DNA from: Octopus bimaculoides
Taxonomy: Eukaryota
NCBI RefSeq assembly: GCF_001194135.2
Contig: NC_068982.1
Span: 147,158,083-147,222,082, forward strand
Reading direction: 5' to 3'
DNA length: 64,000 nt
Part shown: one piece after another, positions 38,718-52,475 of the stretch
How the letters are laid out: each line of letters starts with the position of its first letter
How positions within the stretch are numbered: position 1 is the first letter of the stretch
Notes under the pieces: generated by a model
The model's input: the letters and a program-made list of their open reading frames with translations, nothing else
Databases searched by the model: none
What the model was told of the DNA's origin: nothing
Translations under genes and position numbers: made by a program

Positions 38718-39418
38718 NNNNNNNNNNNNNNNNNNNNNNNNNNNNNNNNNNNNNNNNNNNNNNNNNNNNNNNNNNNNNNNNNNNNNNNNNNNNNNNNNNN
38801 NNNNNNNNNNNNNNNNNNNNNNNNNNNNNNNNNNNNNNNNNNNNNNNNNNNNNNNNNNNNNNNNNNNNNNNNNNNNNNNNNNNNNNNNNNNNNNNNNNNN
38901 NNNNNNNNNNNNNNNNNNNNNNNNNNNNNNNNNNNNNNNNNNNNNNNNNNNNNNNNNNNNNNNNNNNNNNNNNNNNNNNNNNNNNNNNNNNNNNNNNNNN
39001 NNNNNNNNNNNNNNNNNNNNNNNNNNNNNNNNNNNNNNNNNNNNNNNNNNNNNNNNNNNNNNNNNNNNNNNNNNNNNNNNNNNNNNNNNNNNNNNNNNNN
39101 NNNNNNNNNNNNNNNNNNNNNNNNNNNNNNNNNNNNNNNNNNNNNNNNNNNNNNNNNNNNNNNNNNNNNNNNNNNNNNNNNNNNNNNNNNNNNNNNNNNN
39201 NNNNNNNNNNNNNNNNNNNNNNNNNNNNNNNNNNNNNNNNNNNNNNNNNNNNNNNNNNNNNNNNNNNNNNNNNNNNNNNNNNNNNNNNNNNNNNNNNNNN
39301 NNNNNNNNNNNNNNNNNNNNNNNNNNNNNNNNNNNNNNNNNNNNNNNNNNNNNNNNNNNNNNNNNNNNNNNNNNNNNNNNNNNNNNNNNNNNNNNNNNNN
39401 NNNNNNNNNNNNNNNNNG

Positions 39419-39480
<62 letters not shown>

Positions 39481-39616
39481 GAGAGAGAGAGAGGGCGAGA
39501 GAGAACGTGTGAGCGAGAGGGAAAGTGTGTAACAGACTGTTATATAGACAGACTGATGAATATATGTATATCTATGTATGTGTGTGTGTGTGTCCATACA
39601 TGCATATATTGTATAT

Positions 39617-39677
<61 letters not shown>

Positions 39678-40083
39678 CATATATATGTGTCTGTGTGTAT
39701 GTATGTATATTTATATATAGGTATGTATGTATGTATGTGTATATATCTGTATATATGTTTGTATGAGTGTGTGTGTATGTGTTATGTATATGTAAACTCG
39801 AAGGACACATAAATATACTTTTTAATGTCACAGAGGTATTGACGGTACAGAACACATGCAGACGTAATCATTGACGTTTACACATAAATGCATCGAAACA
39901 AGCTTACTCCGAAACCATTCACACACATCTAATCTATTCACATGCAATATTCTACTATTACCGTCCCCCATTCGGGGATGCAGATAGATCCATATGCTGT
40001 AAAGATAAATGCGTCTGTCCGCTGACAGTCAAATCATTTATTTCCATACTACGGTAACTTGTGTTATGGCTTGCCCTAGCTTG

Positions 40084-40425
40084 GTGTCTATGTGAAAACT
40101 GACAGAAAGTTGTTAAATGAAAAATAACACAGACATCCTCTTAATAACAGTTATCTTCGTCAATGTGGCACGCGAACGAGTTCTATCAGCAACGGCGAAG
40201 TACGCCATCAAGAAGGAGAACCGGCCCCAGATCAAATCAACCTGGTTGTCACGTAAAATTTAAATGGCTGCCTTGTTCTCTGGAAAATGCTTATTTCATC
40301 GAATAACTGTATAATTATAATTGCTTCTGGTATCGCCAGCTTTCATTAGTTAGCCAGGCTTAGGCAATCTCGTGCAATTTTCCGCTTTTGTGATGTGTCT
40401 GTGTTGTCATTTTTATCGCACAGCC
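40084..40425. mobile_element. Putative Tc1/mariner-related MITE
   Basis: AAAACTGACA (40095-40104) vs TGTCATTTTT (40405-40414) is a 9/10 inverted match. The subterminal AAATGAAAAATAACACAGACATC is shared with the left end of the DD37D element at 175-198. Confidence 0.4.
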
Positions 40426-40864
40426 GATGGAGAAGCTATCGTAATACCTTGCCTAACGAGAACAATTCTCTAAAACCAAGTCTAAAAGAGATCGCGCCAA
40501 ACACACTTAATTACCCTCAAAAGCCAACGTTGATTAGGCCAAGTACATCTGGGTGAGTACGTTACTATGACTGGCGTTTCTGGTCAATATAAAGTGCCAA
40601 AATGTTTGAGAAAGAAAGGAGAGAGAAAAATCATGAATAAAAGAGGAGAAACAAAGAGAGATGGAAGAATAGCAGACTGTTCTACCATCGTTGTTTTCAC
40701 GTGTTTAAATAACATTCTAGAACTGTTTTGTGTTTTCCATATTAGTTTTGTGTCACAAAGTAATCCAAATTCATATTTCGATCACATGATTCACTTTTCA
40801 TGAACAAATCTCGTGAGTGTGTGTTCTGGGGTGCACTTGCGAGCACGCGACTGAGTGTTTGTGA

Positions 40865-40934
<70 letters not shown>

Positions 40935-41378
40935 AAATCGTCTTGAATGAGAAGAAATAAATGGAAGAATTGGACGCATAACGGCAAAGAAACGCGATAT
41001 CAGAACCCAAGAAGGCAATTAGAATATGCAGTGATTAATGAAGAGATGAATTATAAGAAAGGTATGTATAAATTAAGACAGCTATGAAAGATTTGCAGTA
41101 TGAAAACCTCACGAAAGATTCATATGTAAATAAAAGGAGAGAGAAAGGAGAAGATTAAAAGGGGAGATAAATGTAATGAGATTGCTGGACGGTATTTCTA
41201 CGATTCGACTGAAAAATCAATACTGATGCCGTAGATACAAAGAATAAAGAATTATATGTCATAGAATAATGCTGACATTTGAGTAAAATTATAAACATTA
41301 GGATTCTGTATTACTATCTTTATATCATTTACCTTTTTGCCCCGGTCACAACACACGCTCACAGACACACGTATTTAT

Positions 41379-41410
<32 letters not shown>

Positions 41411-41457
41411 NNNNNNNNNNATGGCAACACAAACACATACACACTCGTACATGCAGA

Positions 41458-41505
<48 letters not shown>

Positions 41506-41895
41506 ATATGAATGTCACTTTCGATGTGATAAAGTAATAGGTACATAACATTAGTGAACAAGGTTGGCTAGAAGACTAAAACTCTAGCATTAACTGCAAC
41601 CAAAAGCAAAGCTGTTATACCACCATCATAACAGTTGGCTGTAGGCAGTTGATCAATTGAGCAGTTACATGCATAAAAGGATAACAATTTAAACAGGCAA
41701 AACAAATGGTATCAGGTTAGATTATGACATTTATATCTTTAAAGATAAGGTTTACATGAGTATTACTCATAAGAGAGACAGAAGAAAGTGTCTTACAGCT
41801 GTTTCAAGTATAGATGCGCAAATGGTGCATGTTGTCCAAAAGAAGCAGTAGCTATCCCCTCCACACACACATATATATATATGTATATATATACA

Positions 41896-42046
41896 TATAT
41901 ATGGAGAGAGAGACAGAGAAAGAGAGAGAAAGTAAGTGAGAAATGCATACATTCATGTGTGTATATCTATATATATGGAGAGAGAGACAGAAAAAGAGAG
42001 AGAAAGTAAGTGAGAAATGCATACATACATGTGTGTATATATATAT
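41896..42046. repeat. 74-bp tandem repeat (2 visible units) running into an assembly gap
   Basis: ATGGAGAGAGAGACAG..AAAGTAAGTGAGAAATGCATACAT starts at 41901 and again at 41975. Confidence 0.9.
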
Positions 42047-42411
42047 NNNNNNNNNNNNNNNNNNNNNNNNNNNNNNNNNNNNNNNNNNNNNNNNNNNNNN
42101 NNNNNNNNNNNNNNNNNNNNNNNNNNNNNNNNNNNNNNNNNNNNNNNNNNNNNNNNNNNNNNNNNNNNNNNNNNNNNNNNNNNNNNNNNNNNNNNNNNNN
42201 NNNNNNNNNNNNNNNNNNNNNNNNNNNNNNNNNNNNNNNNNNNNNNNNNNNNNNNNNNNNNNNNNNNNNNNNNNNNNNNNNNNNNNNNNNNNNNNNNNNN
42301 NNNNNNNNNNNNNNNNNNNNNNNNNNNNNNNNNNNNNNNNNNNNNNNNNNNNNNNNNNNNNNNNNNNNNNNNNNNNNNNNNNNNNNNNNNNNNNNNNNNN
42401 NNNNNNNNNNN

Positions 42412-42975
42412 AATAGAAGGCATTAAAACGTTCGGACAGATAGACAATACATAGGCGGATAAGAGAAACAACAATTATAAGGTCAGGCAAAAAAAGACGG
42501 ATCATTCTTGTCTTTCTTTCGTCAGTCAAGTCCCAGAAGTCACGATCATTTCGGGCAGTTACACTTGACATGGTTCGATCTGGTTGCCCCTCACAAAAGA
42601 AAAAAAAATGTTTAAGCTAATAGCATTAGACCCCTTTGTAAGAAAGCTAGCGAATGTGTACAGTAACAAAGGCAAAAAAAAACAAACAAATAAACAAAAA
42701 GCGGAGAACATAGTACACAATTATGAATACAAACAACTAGAAATAACAATAGGCGTCTTTCGACTGAAAACGAATCAAATTGAGCAGGCGTGTATGAAGT
42801 GAAAGCCTAAAGGCAGGAACATGGGAGATGGACACAAGAGTTGTTGACGGTTGGCAGTCAGGTCAAGAAAGAAAGATCATGGCTGTCCGGACACCGATCA
42901 CGTGGATGGGTAGGAGACAACGGGATTGAAGGATTAAAAAACAATCAGAGACAAAGAGAAAGGTAAAGGGAGATA
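42412..42975. mobile_element. Unclassified approx. 550-bp interspersed repeat, copy 1 (probably Penelope-related)
   Basis: Collinear, visibly diverged homology over the whole length with 54727-55245. Confidence 0.75.
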
Positions 42976-43493
42976 TAAATAATATAGGTGGTTCGTTAGC
43001 AATTCAAACTTAAAGGCAAATTTAAAGAAGTGTACAAAATAGTACCACCATTGCTAGAAACAAGAGTCTATATTATTTATATATGCATACTTGGGAATTG
43101 ACAGCTAACCGTCAATTTCCAGAGGTTTTGATTCTAAGGTGACGTAGACTGCTTGCTGCATTGGATCTATTATAACCAGCAGCGGTAATGATAACAACAA
43201 TAGCAGCAGCAGCTGCAGCAGGAATCGTCGTGTTATCATTACTGCTGCTGATTATTCGACGGCTACAACCACTCTTAGAAAACAAGTCTTGACCCCACTA
43301 TTCAATTTACAAAAACAGATAGTAGCAATCTACTATCACAGCGAATTGGAAATACCATGCCTTCAAATCGGAACGAAAGGACCACGAGTGCATGCAAGAA
43401 ATAACAGTAAACTATGAATGCCATTCTTAATTTTAATTTCAATTTTATTTTACTAATAGCCCTCTTCTCTTTTCACATATTTTGTACTCATTT

Positions 43494-43527
43494 TTGATAA
43501 GGTTTTTCAAAAAAACCGAAACATGTA
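43494..43527 (+). ncRNA. Hammerhead-like motif (UUGAUAA core variant, stem I not evident)
   Basis: UUGAUAA-GGUUUUU(caa)AAAAACC-GAAA-C-AU-GUA. Perfect 7-bp stem II and ACAUGU palindrome. Confidence 0.4.
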
Positions 43528-43592
43528 GTGTAAATTAATTAAAACACCCCAAATTTTTTTTATAAAAAGTGGCATTTTCATTTTTATTTATC

Positions 43593-43649
<57 letters not shown>

Positions 43650-45749
43650 TATGAAAGATTCTGTGTATATGTGGATATATATGAATGCGTATGTATATGT
43701 ATGTATGCACAACTGAATTTGCTGATAACGAGGTCTTAGGCTTTGCCGATGGTGATCTATTCAAAATCTCAAGCGTTTGAATAAGCTATCACTCTTGAAA
43801 CTGTCACTATCGATAAAACTTTAGTAAATATTAGACTTTGTATATCTATTTAATCCTTTATTGAGTAAACGTTCGTTGTTTGTATACACTTATAAACATA
43901 TGATTTTAGCCTTATGTGTTTGTCTACTTGTATGTACGTCTATTGCTTTTGGCGGTGAATACTGGTGACGTGAGAATATGTCATCGAAGCTATTGATAAA
44001 CTGGTGTTTTTATACGAAATGCCTTATGCGATTCGTTGTCTATTTATGTAGACAAGCCTTTGCTACACTTCCCACTCCCTGGAAACCTGCACTCAGTTAC
44101 GCTATTGTTTACATAAATGTCATAAAAAGACCTCTACTGCCTCGTCGATATGCGCTTGTTATGCAATTTGAAGATGTAACTTTGGATGCTGTGGTGAATT
44201 TATAACCCTAAAATTTCCGATAATTTTTGTGCTAAACATCTTAGAAAATATGATTCATTTCTGAAAATGCTCAATTTATTTCAGCAAGGATAATAATTTT
44301 CTAGGTGCAACTGTATTACTATTGAATGCCATATTTAAAGGTTAACAATTGCGCTTAGCAAACATCTTCCAAAGAACATATTTCATGAGCACTATCTTCC
44401 TGATTCCCTAGTTACTCACGAATTTATTAAAGAAATCAATAAGATGGTTACGACGCACCAAGCAAAAGATTCACGATTTGAGTGTGTGTTGTGCGTGTAT
44501 GTGTATGTGTGTATATATATGTGTGTGTATATATGTAGACATACAGATATACATACATACACACATACATACTAAATTACCTACTTAATATAAGATCAGG
44601 AGTTCTGACCATTTGATCATATAATGAAGTAAACTTCCATTTTTTGTGTCTTTAAACTTCATTTCTTCAGGCCAATGCGACCATTGTCAATCAAACAACC
44701 TGATTAACAAAAAAGTTAATCTTACCATAACTTAACCACATTCTAAAGAGAATTAAATTCCTTGTAAAGTTGAAACATTCCTTGAAGCAGCTAATATGCT
44801 TGCAGTTAACCGCTATTCAAAATTCTGTATAACATTGCTCTTTGATACGTAATTAACAATTATATTGTAGATTTTTCTTTTACATATATCATTTTTTTTT
44901 ACTTCATCTCACCGTGTAAATCTTTGGCCATCTTAGGAAAACGAATCAGACACTACATTCACATATTTAACTGGTCATGTCAACGAAATAATCACTGTGA
45001 TGACAGATTAACTTTTATGTCTGTCAGTAAATCATACATAAACATATATGATTCCGTCGTTCTCAAATGTTAACCTCAAAACGACTGACAGAAAAAAGTA
45101 TTTTAAACCGTTGCTCTTTTATCTCTTTGGGAAGCCTACGCTTCACACCTGCCGATAATACATACAGCGTTAAAAGCTTGTGTTACACCATGTCTTGAAG
45201 AGAAAGAGAAACTTAATTCTGAAGTATAGAGAGACGCAGATAAGGAGAAGATAACATGAACATTATGGAATTCTATATTAAAAGGCTGTGTTTCGTTTGA
45301 GTTCTATTAATTTCTGTGTGACAAACATCTTGAAATACCATCCGTCTTGAAACTTAATCGTTGTCTTTATCATGATCGCCAAACAACTATAAACTACAAA
45401 TTTAAAGTATTTACATCAACTTGTTCAAGTCAAGTACATTATTTACGATTGATTTTTACGAAGATTTAAATTCCCATTTACTTGAATTTAACTGGCGATT
45501 AATTGTTTATTGCTAGCTCAGCTCTACTTGGATTCTACAACTAAAGGCTTTCCAACCATAACCACCAAACCTTTTTGTATATTACGGAATACATTTCTAT
45601 GTATTAAAGTAGTTTTGGTTTCTATTTCTAGTATGTCGAGCGACCACGTAAAAGCTCCTTTATTTGTATCGTCCGGCGAACGATTCAGAATTTTTTTGAG
45701 AAAATAAGACATAAGAAATAAAAAGAATAAACGAATAAAAGAATAAGCT

Positions 45750-45838
45750 CAGGCTTGTCTAAGTGGTAAAGTGTTCGCTTCCCAACCACATAGATAGCTA
45801 TACATATAAGTATGCGCGCGCGCGAGCGCGTATGTACG

Positions 45839-45872
<34 letters not shown>

Positions 45873-46090
45873 GGTATGCATGTACGTATGTATGTGTGCG
45901 TGTGTGTGATTTTTGTGTTAGATTTTGTCCCCCATCACCGCTTCACAACCATTTTTGGTTTGTCTACATTTCTGTAACTTTGCGATTCCGCAAAAGAGGA
46001 CCGTAGAATTAGTACCAGATTTAAAAAAAAAAATTATCTTGATCTGTTTGAATTCTAATGACTGAAACAAGTAAAAGATAAAAGATAAAA
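45750..46090 (+). mobile_element. SINE family A, decayed copy with internal microsatellite
   Basis: GTGGTAAAGTGTTCGCTTCCCAACCACAT head, TTTGTCCCCCATCACCGCTT body and AATGACTGAAACAAGTAAAAGATAAAAGATAAAAG tail. Confidence 0.8.
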
Positions 46091-46894
46091 GATTATAGCC
46101 CTCTGCCAAATTTCTTCGCTTTTATACCTATATGAAAACTCAATATGTAAAATTGAGCTATTTTGCCCTTCTCCGTTTCTATTTTATGTGCTTTAAAATT
46201 AGCTCGAGATAAAACAGTTGAATACATCACATCATATCGCTTTTACGAATCATGTCTATGTTTGTTTATATCATCAGAAACAAAAGTTTCATGAGGTTAA
46301 TGTTCAACTGAGTCTCGAAATGCCTGTTATCTTAGATATCATATAAATTAATCTACACAGGAAATCGATATGTGAGAGGTGATGAATAACCCTTTAAAGT
46401 CAAGGTATAAAATAAAGATGGATGCCGTTGATAAATAAATTTACGGCGTTATCTAGCGTTGTATAATATTCAGCTTCGGGAAAACAGAACAAGGTATTTA
46501 ATTTTTTAAGTGCTGATTGTTAAGCATGATTGCGAGCAATTTGTAAGTCATCTGAGTCACTTTAAACGATAGCACTGACAATTACGAATTGATGACAAAA
46601 TTTATGCCAACAGGTTTTGAACTTTCTACAGTGAAAAGGATTTACGCAGATTTTATTTACATTCTTTTGCACCCTGTCTCATAGCTATACTTTAAACCTA
46701 TATAAATCTTTAGGGATTTCTGAAAACAAGTTTGTAGCGTAAAATTACTCTTAAGTATGGAAAAAATTCCTAAATGTAGACATGTATATGGAATAAACAA
46801 ACAATATATATACTATTGCTTTATCCTTCTCAACCGCTTTCTCTCTCTCTCTCTGTTACACATACACTGTGTATATTTACATATATTCTTTTAT

Positions 46895-47255
46895 TCTTAT
46901 ACCTATTTCAGTCATTTGACTGCGGCCATGCTGCACTGCCTTCAAGGATATTTAGTCGAATGAATCGATCCCAGTAATTAAATTTTTTGCTAAGACTGGT
47001 ACTTACTCGAAGCCTGGTTTCCTTTTGTTGAGGACATAAGCACAACAACACGCTTGTCAAACGGTGGTGGAGGTCACAGGTACAAAGTCACACACACACA
47101 CACATGACGGGCTTTAAGTTTCCGTCAATCAAATTTATATCGTCGGCCTGAGGCTATAGTAGAAGACATTCAGTCAAAGTGCCACGCAGTGGGACTGAAC
47201 CCGTAACCATGCGGTTAGGAAGCAAGCTTCTTATCACACACCCATACCTACGCCT
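46895..47255 (-). mobile_element. SINE family A copy
   Basis: Collinear with the reverse complement of 58383-58787, including GTGCCACGCAGTGGGACTGAACCC. Confidence 0.85.
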
Positions 47256-48204
47256 TTATGTGTGTGTATATATATGTGTGTGTGTGCGTCTTTGTGTATG
47301 GGAGGGCATGTCTGTATATGGATATATTAATGCATACAAGCACATATCAGTGTGTGGTGAGGAGGTAGTTATGTGTGTAAACATAAATACAGAGACATAT
47401 ATGTGTATGAATGAGTGTGTCTTCAGAAGTCTCTGTGAACCACAGGCAAACTCCAGAGTAGGAAGAGACTGACTCGATGTAAATGAATACATTAAAAATC
47501 TGTACTATACTATTGAAAACTGTTTTATCTGAGTCAATGTTTAACGTGTATATGTATATGTGTGTGCGTGTGTGTATGTGTGCGTGTGTGTGAGTGTATG
47601 TGTGTGTGTGTGTGTGTGTGTGTTTGTGTGTGTATTTAGGAACAAAAATGTGGGTTACATTAAATAATAAGATTCAAAAACTGTACATGAAGATGACAAA
47701 AGAACAAACGGCAAATTCACACACAAGACTTGGACATGATCTTTCCTCATCAGAAGAATACACACACAAACACACACATACACATGCACACACACATACA
47801 TACACACACATCGTTTGCGCGAAAAGAATTCAGAAACTTCGAAACAACGTGAGATAATTTTTCTTTTTAAGAGTAGAGCTCGAAGGAGATACAGCTATAA
47901 AAAATAGCCTATAAGTCTTGCCTAAAAACCGAACAAGTTGTTAGTAAAGAGGAAAATTTAAGTGTTGTCTCTTAATTGTGTACGGATTTTAAAACAGTCG
48001 TTAAATCATTTGCTACAAGAAAATCATCAGTGACTTCCTTTCTCTCTCCCTNNNNNNNNNNNNNNNNNNNNNNNNNNNNNTCTCCCCTCTCTCTCTCTCT
48101 CTCCCCTCTCTCTCTCTCCCCTCTCTCTTTCTCTCCCCCATCTATCTCTCTCTCTCGCTATATATGTGTGTAGGTGTGTCTATGTCTACGTATATATATA
48201 TATT

Positions 48205-48238
<34 letters not shown>

Positions 48239-48529
48239 AGTGTGTGTGTGTGCATGGGTGCATGTGTGTTTGTGTGTGTATATGCATACACAGATATTGA
48301 GTTTGGTAAAGAAAGAGTAGAAAAAGTTGAAAGTAAAAAAATAATATATTTAATAAATATATTAAGTAAAATGTATTGACTGATCCTGCATTTTGATGTT
48401 AATTATTTTTAGATATAACTTCGTATGAAATCAAAATCATTTATACATCCATACATACACGCACACGCACGTTCGCACACACACACATACACAAACCCCC
48501 CACACACAAACACATGACTTGGGGATCAG

Positions 48530-49130
48530 TATGTGCAATGACGCATCATTTTATACCCACATTACCAAGATGGCAGCAAAGGGCAGACAACTTGCAAGAT
48601 GGATACTGAGGTTCTTGAAGACAAGACCAAGAAAATACGTTGACACTATATAGTTAGTTTGGCACATAGTGCCAAACTAACTGCAGAGCTTGAAGCAGTC
48701 CAGCACCACTACATTAAATAGATTGAAACAGTGCAGCAGATGAACTACAAGTGCAGGCTGAGAAAACTGCAAGTTTACTCCTTGGAGAGAAGGCGTGAGA
48801 GATATGCAATAATCTTCATATGGAAAATTCTAGAAGGGTTAGTACCTAGTTTCTGCATTGAGTGTTATAAAAGTGCCAGAACTGACCCCACTGTATTGTA
48901 CCAAAGATGCCATCTACTCCATCTAAATTCTGGACCAACTACTGCAATAGTCTAGGGTTCAAAGACCCACAGCTCTTCAATGCCTTGTCACAAAAATTAA
49001 GAAATCTGCATAAGGTGGAAGTAAATGTCTTCGAAAAGGAACTAGACAACCTCCTCTCCACAATACTGGATGAGGCAACAGCTCGATATGAGGTGCAGAC
49101 GAGGGCAACGGAATAAAACTCCATTTAGGC
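48530..49130 (+). mobile_element. CR1-type LINE 3' fragment
   Basis: ORF 48731-48955 MNYKCRLRKLQVYSLERRRERYAIIFIWKILEGLVP carries the L.SLE.RR.R..I..WKI..G motif of CR1 elements. Upstream ELEAVQ and downstream GPQLFNAL..LRN-like segments are also present. Confidence 0.85.
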
Positions 49131-50088
49131 ACTTTGCAATATTTTCTTAAACGACGATAAACTTGTGTTTCATTAATAAAGCATAAGTCACTTTTCTACA
49201 ATCGTCCCTGTAGTACTTCATTTAAAGATATAGCTTTATATTATCATCAATTAAAAACGGTGAATTGTAAACTAATACTAAAGCTGCTATTCTATGAGAG
49301 TACTTAAACTAATTTAAATATTATTTGGGCTGGTTTTCTATTTGTTCCATGAGCACAATCCAATAGAATAATTCCTATCACCACTAAGGAAACATCAAAG
49401 TTAATCAATTAATCAATTGCACATATACTATTCGTGAAACAATTTTTGATGTGATGGTCGTAGGCAGAATGCCTTTGTACATATGTATACACCACTCGGG
49501 CCAAAACAATGTGACAAAAACAAAAACAACAGCAACAATTGTATAACATATTGAAATGGAATGTTATGTATTTACTTAAAATTCTCTAGTTTCAGAAAAG
49601 ATATTTTAGATTCCTATCCGCAGAATTTACAGAAATTACTTCACACTAAATGTAGTATCTTGTCAACAAGCCTAACACATAAGCTTTTACAGTTAATAGT
49701 TGCCTCGTAAAGCAATTCAAAGAAATAAGTAGGAACTATAAAATATATAAATATATTAACATTTTGAACCATTAACCAGGAAATACCTATATAAAACATA
49801 TTAATTTTTTTAAGAGACGTGTCTGTATATCGAAAAATAAATTTCACACAGAAAAAAAGACTTTTAAAAAAAAAAAATCATTAAATAAGAGACATATAAC
49901 AGATACATAAACAGTCTGCATCAGTAAAATAAATAATAAAATATACAAACTCGACGAGGATTCAGGAAAATTATTAAATCTACCCAACTTAGTATAGAAA
50001 TGTTTGTTATAAAACGAGAAACTGTTTGTGTGCGTACGCGTACATGCGTGAATTTGTTTGCGTATATGTATTCTTATACACGCACTCG

Positions 50089-50124
<36 letters not shown>

Positions 50125-51123
50125 AACACACACATACAAACACACACACGCACGCACGCGACGCGCGCGCACACACACACACACACAGTCTCTCTCTCTC
50201 ATATATATATATATATTTACATCGCACATAACAAATTCAATTTGTAAGTAGAACAATAAAGATACGCAAGACTTTTCTCAAATTTATAAGGTTTTATACC
50301 AACATTCCCGCAGTGGAGTTCCTATCCTTTAGAAACCAACACTTTTCTCAAAGGAAGAATTTAAATAATTAAAAGCAGAAGTGAACATAGATACATACAT
50401 ACATTCACAGGCATATGCATTTATGTTTGTATCTCTGTATTGGTACTGCTAGTTTGGTTACTTGATGGAATATACTGTTGTGATTGTATCTGTTGCTACT
50501 TTTGTTATCCCTGGAAATTAAATGACCACTACCTAATTTTCAGAAGAATATTTTTGAAATCGTTTGGTACGTATAAACAAGAAGGAGGTGTATTAATACT
50601 AATTCTATGAAAGTTTTGGTAGTAATGGAAGCTGAAAACAGAATGAAGACATATAATATTGCTTTTGCGTAACCGTTCTAATTTATTGCTTTCATATACA
50701 TGGTATGTACTATATTTTTTCAATAAATCCATTTTACCTGAAGATGTTATTATAATGTGGCGCTGCAATTTAAAAGATACTCATCTGACAAGATGGCTGA
50801 TATACGGCTACGTACATAAAGGAAGAAAGTACCTCTTTCCCCACAAAAAAAAAAAGGAATTATAGAATATGTGTGTAATTTTTTTACCTAAAAAGGTTAT
50901 TTTAACGTACCGATCTACTTGGTAAAATTATTTATTAACTAATTCATTAATTAATTAATTTTACCCTTTCTTCTTCTTCTTCTTCTTCTTCTTCTTCTTC
51001 TTCTTCTTCTTCTTCTTCTTCNNNNNNNNNNNNNNNNNNNNNNNNNNNNNNNNNNNNNNNNNNNNNNNNNNNNNNNNNNNNNNNNNNNNNNNNNNNNNNN
51101 NNNNNNNNNNNNNNNNNNNNNNN

Positions 51124-51156
<33 letters not shown>

Positions 51157-51199
51157 ATGTATGTACAATGTTTGCAGGCTAGGTTTTACGATTATATTC

Positions 51200-52330
51200 A
51201 TCTCGCTTTTTCAGGAACAGCTGGATGGATTGGTGAACATTCAACCGCTTATATAGAGTTCCCTGTCATTGATGATTTGTAATGGAACAGAGATCCCTGT
51301 CATTTGATGATTTACACCAGGCTTCAAAATTGCAAGTCCATGCTCTGTAAACATTGTAAAGGCTGTAAGACGGGACGTGGATAGCTGCAACGGAGACTAT
51401 GAAGCTGTGGCCAACAGGACGTGTCACTGCAGGCGTTCTGATTGCGTCTGCTCGTCGAAATCCATCCAACAACTGCAGGAAGTTGATGGAAGATCAGAGC
51501 AAAGGAATCCTGAGTTTGGCGAGGGAGGTGGGTTGGAGTGGCCACTTATGAAGCTGGCTCTGAATAAAGACCTTTGCTACCACTCGTACAAGAGGTGCAA
51601 CAGACAAATTTCGACAACCAAAGCCAAGGAGAATCGCTTGACGAAGGCCAAGAAGCTCCTGAAGAAACTGAGATATCCTACTTGAGCCAAGATTGATCTG
51701 AATTTTCTCAGACAAAGAACTTCTACCAGGGCTAGTTACACATCCATATTAATAGGTGGCTTCCTTACATTCCACGTGATTTCCCTTGTATCACGAAAAC
51801 CAAATTTTGTCGCATTGTGATGGTATTTGTGTGTGTGTCTCCATTGAGGTCGAAGTCATGCCACCGACATCTCTGATCAGGGCATTAGGCTCAATTCAGA
51901 GAGCTATGTGAAGCTACCTAAGACGGTAGTCAAACTCTGTTTGGAGAGAGAGTTGCTAGAAGGCCATGTGTGGCAGCAGAATATGATTCATGACCATATC
52001 TCCAGAAAGAGTTAGAAGTGGTCGTTGTAGAATTTATACGACTCCACCAGCCCTAAATTATGGCCTCCTAATTACCCTGATTGTAATCTCATAACTTACT
52101 ATGCAAGGGACACGGTTGAGAAAGACACAAGCCGTTTTGCCTGCAACACCAAGGCCGAGATGGTGACCAAGATCAAGGAGTTATTCTAAGATCTCCTCAC
52201 GACTACGTTGAGGAACGCAAACACCAGATTCTAGAGCCGTCTTGAGGCCACGGTAGGAGCTAAGGCTGGTACTTTGAGTAAACTGTTATCTCCCTGCCAT
52301 AATCACATTGATTTTTTTCTTTTTTTCTTT

Positions 52331-52379
<49 letters not shown>

Positions 52380-52475
52380 ATGTTTTAAATATTTCGGATG
52401 AGGATGAGGATGAGGATATTGTATTTTCCTTTTATGCAAAAGAGTCTTTTGAAGTCGTTTTCTCATAACCCGATA
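51200..52475 (+). mobile_element. Near full-length decayed Tc1/mariner DD37D (maT-type) transposon
   Basis: VNIVKAVRRDVDSCNGDYEAV (HTH end), LCYHSYKR..KAKENRLTKAKKLLKKLRYP, IFSD (51711), WQQN..KLWPPNYPDCNLITYY with exactly 37 codons between the second and third catalytic positions, and CNTKAEMVTKIK..RF*SRLEATVGA. Homologous to, but diverged from, 139-989. Ends are approximate. Confidence 0.88.

Noticed and set aside
52330-52378. Long poly-T as a processed-pseudogene tail
   Set aside because: No adjacent retrocopied sequence or TSD; it lies within the 3' end of the DD37D relic.
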